From Octopus sinensis (Eukaryota): DNA of 64,000 nt. Of this stretch, positions 53,460 through 64,000 are shown piece after piece. The notes beneath the pieces are model-generated. The model was given only the letters and a program-made list of their open reading frames with translations, had not been told where the DNA came from and ran no database searches. The stretch spans positions 12,338,001 through 12,402,000 of the forward strand of contig NC_043002.1 of assembly GCF_006345805.1 (NCBI RefSeq), given 5' to 3'. Both the position numbers and the translations under genes were made by a program. Within the stretch, counting starts at the first letter, position 1. Each line of letters opens with the position of its first letter.

Positions 53460-56131
53460 CCAGGCATGTTTGAGGACTGCCTAACAAAATAGGAGAAGTC
53501 CTCACCAACCTTGAACAGCACAACAGTGTATTCTTCATGGGAGACTTTAACCTCCCCAATGTGGAATGGCCTGGGGGCAGATGCTCCAGGGATGACACAC
53601 CATCAGCCACACAGTTGTGTCCCAGTCATCCATCTCACAAATACCTCTTTCATGGAGCAAATAGTTCTGCAACCAACAAGGCAGATAATATACTGGATCT
53701 CTGCTTTACAAACATATGGATATTATCCATAATGTTAATGTGATGCCGACAATGATCTCGGATCACAACATAATAGAGCTGTCTATGTATGGAACAAAAG
53801 CCCCCGCAGACACACAGCCTACGAAGCACCCACCATCTCTCCAACTTAAACTTTCATAAGCCAACTGGAAGTCGATTGAGAAAGAGATCCTCAAACAGGA
53901 TTGGCCTGAATGTCTCTCCACACCGGACATAAACATGAAACACACACACTTCATGTCCATAATACAGCCATATGTGACAAATATGTCCAATGTGCAGGCC
54001 AGCACACACAAGAATAAAAACAGGATCCCTAGAGAAAGGAGGATTCTTATGAACGACGGACAAGGATTGCAAACCGCCTGAGCAAGCACACCAAAAGTGG
54101 TGAGAAGTCTCGGCTCGAAAGAATGCTAATGGAAACTGAGAAAAGTCTACACATCAGCCATGAAAGGAGAGAGCCGATAAAGAAGCTTGGGTAATAGAAA
54201 ATATAAAATCAAACCCTAAAGCTTTCTTTAAGTTTGCCAAAGAGACAGCCACAGTGCACCAGAGAATAGGACCTCTCTTCCAAAAAGATGGCTCTCTCAC
54301 AGGAAATCCCACGAGGATAAGTGAATACTGAACGAACAGTTCCAAAGTGTGTTCACTACACCTCTAGGACACGGCAAGTAACAACCCAGAAGAATTCTTT
54401 GCCACTTTACCAGCGGCCAAAGAGACAAAAATTGAGTACATCAACATCGAAGAAGATGATATCACACTAGCCATTGATGAGATTGACACAAACTCAGCTG
54501 CTGGACCTGATGGATTCCCAGCGATCCTTCTCAAATCGTGCAAACGAGCCCTTGCAAAACCGCTACAAGCTTCTTTTTCAGAGCTTTCTTGCAAGTGGTA
54601 AGCTCCCAGTCAAACTGAAAAGAGGGGGTAATATGCCCTATCCATAAGGGAGGTAGCAGAGCAGATGCTAAAAATTATAGGCCTATCTCTCTGACCTCAC
54701 ACATCAGCAAGTCATGGAACGAATAGTCCGTAGAAACTAATCATGTTCCTTGAAGAAAATGACTTACTGTCTGACACCCAGCATGGATTTCGACCAGGTA
54801 GAGGCTGCCTAACACAGCTCCTGCAGCACTATGACTGGGTGTTGAAACAGCTACTAAATGGCTCAAATGTGGATGTGATATATCTTGACTTTGCAAAGGC
54901 CTTTGATAAAGTCGACCATGGTATGATCTGTCATAAACTGCGTGGTCTCGGCATAGGCGGAAACTTGGAGAGTGGCTGCACAACTTCCTAAAAGACAGAA
55001 AACAGGCAGTTGTGAGCAATGGAGCCCCTCCAGGGAAACGCAAATACAAGCGGTGTCCCACAGGGCACTGTCTTGGGGCCACTGATGTTCATAGTGGCCC
55101 TTTCAGACATGCCTTCAGTTGCTACGATGACCACCCTTGCTAGCTATGCAGATGACACAAAGGTCTCCCACGCAATACAGAACCCTGAAAATATTGCGCA
55201 TCTGCAACATGAGCTGACACAATATACAGGTGGGCTGAGGACAACAACATGCAGTTTAATGCAGGTAAGTTCCAGGCCCTGCGCTACTGGCACACAAAGG
55301 TAAATGACGTGAAGACTGGATACACTGGCCCAGGAAGAATTGCAATCCCTGAGTCAAAATCAGTGCGTGACCTGGGCATTGACATGAGCAATGATGCATC
55401 TTTCCAAATGCATATTGCTAATCTGGTGATAAAATGCAGACGGCTAGCTGGATGGATTCTCCGAACTTTCAGAACAAGAGAGAAGGAGACACTGATGGTC
55501 CTATGGAAAACATTTGTCCTCAGCCGCTTGGACTACTGCTCCCAACTTGGTCACCACACAATATAAAAAAACATCAGAACTCGAAGCAACTCAGAGAAGC
55601 TACACAAAGAAAATCGTCTCAATGCAAATGTCAGCTACTGGGAAAGACTGAAGGTATTAAACCTCTTCTCCCTGGAGCGGAGGCGGGAGAGATATGCAGT
55701 AATAAACAATCTGGAAAATCCTGGAGGTCTTATCCCAAACTTGGCATTCAAAGTTACTCCAACCGCAGAACGGGGCGCCGCTGCGTGGTGCCAAGGATTC
55801 CAATATCACCATCAAAATACAGGTCCAGATACTGCAACAGCTTGGTTTTCAGAGGACCACAGCTTTTCACAACATCCTCCCTAAATGCCTGAGAGACTTA
55901 CATGGTGTGGATGTGGGTTCTTTAAAACTAAACTGGATCTCTTCTTGTTGGAAGTCCCAGATGAACCTACCTCACGACAGGAGACGCGGATGCGGGCAGC
56001 AGCATCGAACTCCCTTGTTGATCAAGTGCCACGTATCAGAGGTGGATTCACAAACTAGTGTGGCTCATTCAGCGGTGGTGCCCCAGCATGGCCGCGGCCT
56101 TCGGGCTAAAACATTTTTAAGGATTTAAGGA
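53460..56131 (+). mobile_element. 5'-truncated, frameshifted CR1/L2-group LINE (APE endonuclease + reverse transcriptase)
   Basis: APE motifs FMGDFNLPNVEW, DNILDLCFTN, SDH. RT motifs AAGPDGFP, QHGFRPGR, VIYLDFAKAFDKVDH, SGVPQGTVLGP, YADDTK, LDYCSQL. (TA)n on both flanks. Confidence 0.92.
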
Positions 56132-56192
56132 TATATATATATGTATTATATGTTACATATATATATGTATATATATGTTATATATATATATA

Positions 56193-56286
<94 letters not shown>

Positions 56287-56455
56287 CATATATTATATTA
56301 AAGATGTACAGCTATACATGCTACATATATATTGGTGGGTTAAGCCTTTTTTTACATCAATATTTTTTCCATTATATTTATAGATTATTTCATTATACTT
56401 TATATCCTATATATTAATCCATATAATCTTGCTTTCCTTCCTTCTTTCTTTCTTT

Positions 56456-56489
<34 letters not shown>

Positions 56490-56618
56490 CGTCTCTTCTT
56501 TAAACATCACTTCGATTTCAGCTTCCTTTGTAAGCTATCAATGAATCATATAATATCCAGTTTATCTGATTGAAGATTGTTTTGTATATATGTACGTAGA
56601 TATATATGTGTGTATGTA

Positions 56619-56674
<56 letters not shown>

Positions 56675-57179
56675 TATATGTATTCATGTCTGTCTACATA
56701 TTTGTATGTGTACATATATCCATGTGAGTGTGTGTGTGCGTGCGCGAGTTTATATGTATATGTGAATCTGACGTTTGAGCACGTTTTTATTGTTTTTTTC
56801 TGTTTTGTATCTATCATTTTTAATTTTTCATATTTTATTAGCATTATACATATATAAATATGTGTGTGTATACATATAAATGCGTATACATATTTATATA
56901 TGCACACACATAATATATATATATATGTATTGTATATGTATTATATATATATACATATATATATATATAACATATATATTCATATGTGTATACATATACA
57001 CATATGGATATATATGTTATATATATATGTATATATATATATACGTATATGTACATATATATACATATATATATAACATATATATACATATGTATATACA
57101 TACATACAGACATATATATATATGCATACACAAAATATAAATATATATATATGCTTATATGCCTATATGCTTGTATGTA

Positions 57180-57222
<43 letters not shown>

Positions 57223-57870
57223 ATGTGTGCATGTAAATATTATGTATGTGTGTGAGTATGTTTGTATGTTTGTAATTTACTATATCTTTGTGCCTCGATA
57301 GCAATATCCTAGAATCTTCCTGCAGGAAATATCAGCCAACAAACAACAAAATTAACACAGGCTTTTTGTCTTGCATTTATTCACTATTTTTATTGTTGTT
57401 GTTGTTGTTGTATACTTATTGTTCTTTTTGTTCTTTTTCCTTGTGTTGTTTTTCTTTTTGTTTCCTATATATTCTCTGATTATTTTATGCATGTATGTAT
57501 CCATATATATGTTTGTGTGTATGTTAGCATTTACTTATTTTTACGCATGTATGTGAGGTTGTTCGTATATTCTATGGTTTTATACATGTAAATATGTATG
57601 CGTCTTTATATATATATATATGTATGTGTGTTTGTGTGTGCGTGTGTACATTTAATCACTTATCTATATATGTATACATGTGTGAGTCTCGTCTGTGTTT
57701 ACCGTTTGATATATATATTGATATATATTTATATATGTGTGTGTCTGTATGTATGTATGCGTGTGTCTAATATGCATACATATGTCTGTATTATATATAT
57801 ATATATATTTATGTTTGTGTATATGTTTATGTATATCTCTTTATATAATATATATATACATATATTTCAT
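56131..57870. repeat. (TA)n/(TG)n/(TACA)n compound low-complexity region
   Basis: Direct reading. Confidence 0.85.
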
Positions 57871-58700
57871 TTTCTTATTTTGTAGGCGTTTTTTATCTTA
57901 AGAAACAAGATGAAAACGATAGGGTGAAGAAGAAAAAAAAAAGAACATTTACCTCAGTAGGAGAAAAGATATTTACTTAAGACTTCAGAATAAAAAATAA
58001 AAAAAAACAAAGAACAAAAAATATATAGAAAAACAAAATTTGAAAATGACAAAGAAAAACTTCCAACGACCAAAATCAAAAATAACATAAAATATTGATG
58101 TATCCTTTATTTTATTTTTTAGTTGTCTTAGCTGAGGAATTTTTATTGATTATTTTGGTTTCTTTGATTCGTTCTTGAGGTGATATACGTTGCTCATATG
58201 CAGTGCTGTCCTTTTAAACCGGAGGCTAAAGAGCGAAAGCGCTCACGAAATCGCACAGCATTCACACCGTAAAGAGTACGACATATATAAGCATAACTAT
58301 AAATTACAAAATTATATGTCAACGACAGACAAAAGCAGGCACAAATCATCTTAGACAAATAATTATATATAGATCATTTATTTATTGCCTGTGGTGGTTC
58401 CACACATACATACGTGCAAAAAGATCGTATACATAATCCTTACAAACAAAACTTTTCAGACTGTACATATACAATAATACAAAGGAGTTGGGGTATGTAA
58501 CAGAGCATGAAAATATCAAAATTTTAAATACCAAACAAAAATACTAGCAGATAGATAGATGTCTCAATGTGGAAGTTGTGGGGCATGATGTCTCCTGATT
58601 CAAAGTGGGTTCTCTTCTATCTACGATGTTGAAGTCTTTATTTCGTTGTCAAAATATATATTCGTGGCTTCTTTTTTATAAATATTTTCATGGACATTGC

Positions 58701-59297
58701 TCTGATGAACTTTCTTGTCTGCCAGCCTGTGTCAGTACCTTCTGATGAACTTTCTTGTCTGCCACCCTGTGTCAGTACCTTCTGATGAACTTTCTTGTCT
58801 GCCAGCCTGTGTCAGTACCTTCTGATGAACTTTCTTGTCTGCCAGCCTGTGTCAGTACCTTCTGATGAACTTTCTTGTCTGCCACCCTGTGTCAGTACCT
58901 TCTGATGAACTTTCTTGTCTGCCACCCTGTGTCAGTACCTTCTGATGAACTTTCTTGTCTGCCACCCTGTGTCAGTACCTTCTGATGAACTTTCTTGTCT
59001 GCCAGCGTGTCAGTACCTTCTGATGAACTTTCTTGTCTGCCAGCCTGTGTCAGTACCTTCTGATGAACTTTCTTGTCTGCCACCCTGTGTCAGTACCTTC
59101 TGATGAACTTTCTTGTCTGCCACCCTGTGTCAGTACCTTCTGATGAACTTTCTTGTCTGCCAGCCTGTGTCAGTACCTTCTGATGAACTTTCTTGTCTGC
59201 CACCCTGTGTCAGTACCTTCTGATGAACTTTCTTGTCTGCCACCCTGTGTCAGTACCTTCTGATGAACTTTCTTGTCTGCCAGCCTGTGTCAGTACT
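58701..59297. repeat. 40-bp minisatellite, 15 units
   Basis: Unit TCTGATGAACTTTCTTGTCTGCCA(G/C)CCTGTGTCAGTACCT; unit 8 has a 2-bp deletion; no spacers. Confidence 0.97.
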
Positions 59298-60514
59298 CAT
59301 CTCTTCTCAGATGCATAGAGTCCGTCTGTTGAGCTACATGTTAGTCACAAGTCCTTTTTATTCTCATAGCTTTTTTTTTCTCGAACGGCTGCCCTTGCAG
59401 TCATTGCCATTGCTTTCTTTTCCTCTGGAATATTAAATTCAGTCGTTTAAATCTTCTTTTAATCGACATCTCTTGAATTTGTAGTCTCTTTCTCGTTTTA
59501 ACGATCTATCTTGCTCCAGTTACCTCAAATATCGTTTGGAATAAAACCGTTAATGTAAAAAAGCCTCCATCTCTAATTCGTACCACTTTCGCCACTTGCA
59601 GATATCTCGTATTCTATTTGCTAGAGGATTGTGAATTATTTGGAGAACACCTACCTCTCCTCTCATGCACCGCCTCAGGCCAACAGCTTGGTCAAATGAT
59701 AAAGTCTTCCTTCTTGTACTGTTCTTTTTTCTGTGTAGAAATCGAAGAGGAGGTTTTTGCTCCCAAATTTGCAACATTTAAATTTTCTTTTTTGCTCCAC
59801 AAATTTTAGGTTTCATACTTCGATAAAATATCCTTCAGGGGGAGGTTTATGATGCTAGAAAGGTCCTTAGTATTTGGATATATACTCTGATCCCAATGAA
59901 ATGCTGTTGTAGATTCATTTTCCTTGCGGTCATAATATCTCTTTACGCATTTTTGCGATAGTCACGAACGGGGAAGACCCTTTGACATAATTTTGGTGCG
60001 GTATTTCTTCGTCCCATCTTATGACGTATCAACTGTGTGAAGATACACACACACAATAGTCTATATTTTTGCTGTATCTTCCGTTCTCGTTCTTCTCTTA
60101 CTCTTGTATTCCCAGCACCATATCTTTCTCCGTTATTTTGGCTTCACAAGAAGGCGCGTGGCCTAGTGGTTAGCTTGCGCTCACGATTGCAAGGTTACGG
60201 TTTCAATTTCCGAACCGGGAGGTGCATTGTACTTACTATTTATTTTATGATAGTTCAAATGTCCTTCGATTTCTCTAATGAATAAACATTTCCCCATAGA
60301 TCATAATTTCCACTAATCCAATAAAGTAGTGTCGAGATGATACAGAGCTGTTGGGATATATTCACAATTGATATATCCGTAGTATGTAAAAAAAGGTACT
60401 CTCACGAAAATGCTCAAACCTTATAATCTCAATGCTATTACCATTCCGTTAATACTTAACTTGAATGTTAATCCAGTTAAAGAAGTATCGCGTACTTACT
60501 GGCGCTCCGTCATT

Positions 60515-60685
60515 TCCGACAATGAGGGTCCCAGTTGATCTGATCAACGGAACATCCAGCTCGTGAAATTAATGTGCAAGAGGCTGAGCACGCGTTCTCT
60601 TAATGTAGTTCTCAGGGAGATTCACGTGACGTAGAATGGTACAAGGCTAGACCATTGAATTTACAGGTACAACCCATTTTTGCCA
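60515..60685 (-). mobile_element. Degenerate SINE tail C
   Basis: ctcgtgaaattaatgtgcaagaggctgagcac...ctcagggagattcacgtgac. Confidence 0.65.
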
Positions 60686-61366
60686 ACTGAGTGGATGTGA
60701 AATATTGAGTCTTGGGAACATTTCAAAGGAGAACAATATCGATGTAAAAATTCAATAAGCCCGACTGAAACCTAACCGATCAGATCTAAGAAGGACCCGT
60801 TCCCTCTCCCCTATCTCTTTCTCTCTTTCTCCTTTCACTAACTATTTTGGGTGTCTAAAGGACCAAGGCCTTGACAGTTTCAAGATCAAATGGTCAAATT
60901 AACGAGGCCGTATCTTATTTAGATAAAATGATACAAATAACTTACCCACTCCTCAAGAAGCGCATTATACTGAACTAGCTTCTAAATTTGTTAAAACCAA
61001 AGCTGGAACTAATAGCATCCTTCGTCCTTTTATCCCTATATTTGGTAAATGAATGACATCTTATGAATATCAATGTTGCCAACTGCGACATTATTCTTCA
61101 AAGTCTTTTTTCGTCACAATCCGTTATATTCTGAAGTATTTACAAATACCTGTTCAGGTATTCTCGAAACTCACGTGTGTTTATTGTTACCAATGTTTTT
61201 CTTATTCTTTCGTATGTTTCATCATGCCAGTGTCAATGCAGCAGAAGACCGAACTTTTAACGTTCAACTTTTATTTTGTGTTTTGATTCTCGCTTCAATA
61301 TTATTTCATCTTCTCAGAAGCCTAGTCTCCAGCCACACCGACAACTGAATCGTAAAATATAAACCA

Positions 61367-61401
<35 letters not shown>

Positions 61402-62382
61402 CACACACACACACACCACACACCACACACATACTCACACACACGCACACCACACAGATGTATATTTATATGTACTTATGCACCAGTGCAACGCATATTC
61501 ATCCGTGTATATATATATATGCATGTATGTATATAAATACGTATATGGAGTTTGTATTCGCATTGACGCGTGTACAGATACGGCTGCACATATATGCATA
61601 TTCACCTATATATATACATATATATATATATATACGTATACATATAAGTGGCTGTATTCGCTTGATGCGTGTACAGATATATCTGCACATATATGTATAT
61701 TCACTTATACGTATATATGTGTGCTTGTGTATCTATATATGTATACATATTTATATATATATATATATAAGTTTCAGCTCAGAGCTGCGGCCATGACATA
61801 CATACATACATACATACATACATACATACATACATACATACATACATACATACATACATACATACATACATACATACATACATACATACATGCATACATA
61901 CATGCATACATACATACATGTATATATATATATGTATATATGCATATACACGATCATGCCTACCACCCAGGAGATATTGAACAAATATGTTTTGTGTATA
62001 AATATGCAATTATGCATCTCATCGTATTATATTGATGCCAGCATTGCACATCAAATTTTCTCTTATTTTCTTTTCTCTCCCTTATTCTTTCACTTCATTC
62101 CATTTCTCCGACTTAATATCCCATCTGTTAACACCCCTAAGGTCTCAACGCCCCTTACTCTTATCAATCTCTCGAATACTTTGCTTTAATATATGCATTT
62201 CTCTTCTCTTTCCTATCTCTACCTACATCCCAGCTCCTTTCAGCCAAGTCGTTACGCGCATTTATCCCATTTGCATTCTATACCCTCTCTTCTTCTCCTC
62301 TATTCTTCTTCGCTCTTCCTTTAGCTTGCTGCCTCCTCTCCTTTCCATTATCAATTATCACTCTCCTTTTTACTCGTAGTCT

Positions 62383-62421
<39 letters not shown>

Positions 62422-64000
62422 TTATATGCACTTTTTATATGTAATTTTCAAAATGCGCCTTTATACGATTTTATATGATTTTATATGTTGTTTAAAGGAT
62501 GAATACCTGTGCGTTTGTTTGTGTACGTAATTCAATGTCACCCGTATACGTCAGCGCCAACGCTTGTAAACTTTAGCCATTGTGTATATGAGTGCATGCA
62601 AGTGTACATAATGGCTAAACTGCATATATATATAGGATAAGTATAAATACGTGTTTGTGTGTGCTTGCGTAAGGTTGCATACACATGGGTATTTGAGTGT
62701 CATTGTGTATATATGCATTATGTTATACGCTTGTATGCATGTACACAGAGAATAAGTACGTCCACGCTGAGTTTGCATATATAAAAATAAGCAAACGACA
62801 TCGACTTTCTCTTTAGAAACATGATATAGCACTTGGTGATGCTTAAAGAGTAATATATATGTATCCGAGTGTGTATGTTTGTATGTATATTTGTGTTTGT
62901 ATATAGTATAGCGTCTGTGCAAATACATTATACACACATTAAGACACACATACTCACACATCTGTATATATTATTGGGTAGAGATTGATACATAGATACA
63001 TATATCTATATACGTATGTATGTTTATAGACACTCATTCGCACATATTATCTTTACTTTTATCTTTTACTTGTTTCAGTCATTGAACTCCGGCCATTCTG
63101 AAGGGTTTCAGTGAAATGAAATCGACCCCAGTAATTGTATTTTTAAGCCTCGTATTTATTCTCTCTGTGTCCATGGATATGGCAGGATTTCCTAGACGCT
63201 GAAATTGTTGCTATAGATGCGCCTCTTCCTTTTCTGTTTTTCTTTTCTCTTTGTTTTTTGTAAGCCAGCATCTGCGAGTGCGATAGTTCTACAAGGTCAA
63301 CGTTTTCGGATGGGCTGGGTGAAAAGATTGGCGCAGTGCTTAGAGGTTACATACAACAAGAGTGATGAGTAAGAACTGACAAGGATAAGACGAATGTCAA
63401 ACTAGATAAGATAAGAGCCCAGCCTGCCTTGAGGACCATAGGTCAAGCCAACCTATGCTTGTCTTGTTTATTTCATTTGTTACACAGGAGATATTTCCCT
63501 GGTGTCCATACATCATAAATTATATACAATCCCATTATTTTTCTCTCTAATAGAGTAATTTGAGACTTATAAAAAGAAAGGTTCATAATGCTCAGAATGT
63601 ATAAAACAAGAGCTAACTAAAAGTCTGAGAACATACATGGACATTTTGGAGAAATTTATGAAAAGGCTTTGGACATGCGAACGGCTAACTGCCGCATAAA
63701 GGGCAGAGAGAGCGAGAGAAGACAGTACGTATGTGGGCAACATAGTGGAGTATGTCTGTGAATGAGTTATACCAAAATGTCTGAGAACTTCTAATGGATA
63801 TAGACGAGGATGCACCATCTCACATACCAGGGTTCACTCCATTGCGGTTCATATCTAATCTTTGTAAGATATGAATAACTGCTGGGGATGGTCTTCATTG
63901 CGGAAATGAAAAAAAAAAAAGAAAAGAAAAAGACTGCTTTATGTATTGACGTAAATGTTTTACTTCCGCTGTCTTCAAACCAATACTCAGGTTTAAATCA

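Noticed and set aside
58701-59297. CRISPR array
   Set aside because: Units are contiguous with no unique spacers, there are no cas genes, and the context is eukaryotic.
58701-59297. Tandem hammerhead (retrozyme) or C/D snoRNA array
   Set aside because: CTGATGA is not followed by a stem II and GAAA, and the C and D boxes overlap instead of bracketing a guide.
59300-60030. Minus-strand LINE remnant (ORF 59550-59777)
   Set aside because: No recognisable RT, endonuclease or zinc-finger motif.

Overview
Eukaryotic, AT-rich, repeat-saturated DNA with no recognisable host gene, operon, rRNA, true tRNA or CRISPR array. The tRNA-headed SINE families, microsatellite load and LINE types point to a coleoid cephalopod, probably Octopus (inference). 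Almost all supplied ORFs are microsatellite artefacts. The real coding remnants are transposon-derived: four mariner pieces, a decayed CR1/L2-group LINE (APE+RT, ~53.5-56.1 kb), RTE fragments, and three C-terminal fragments of restriction-like-endonuclease (R4/Dong-like) retrotransposons sitting in (TAA)n or (CATA)n arrays. Least explained: (1) a dispersed set of minimal type I hammerhead-ribozyme motifs from several unrelated short elements, with palindromic stem III and often in head-to-head inverted pairs (densest at 27.6-29.3 kb; cores intact at 28873 + and 24078 -); (2) a nested head-to-tail array of an apparently (CATA)n-targeting RLE retrotransposon at 47.6-50.0 kb; (3) a non-coding ~555-bp element found three times only inside (ATT)n; (4) a LINE 3' end shared with SINE tails, with a covarying hairpin; (5) SINE heads and tails in mixed combinations. 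All structures were derived by eye; no search or folding program was run, and boundaries may be off by a few bases.
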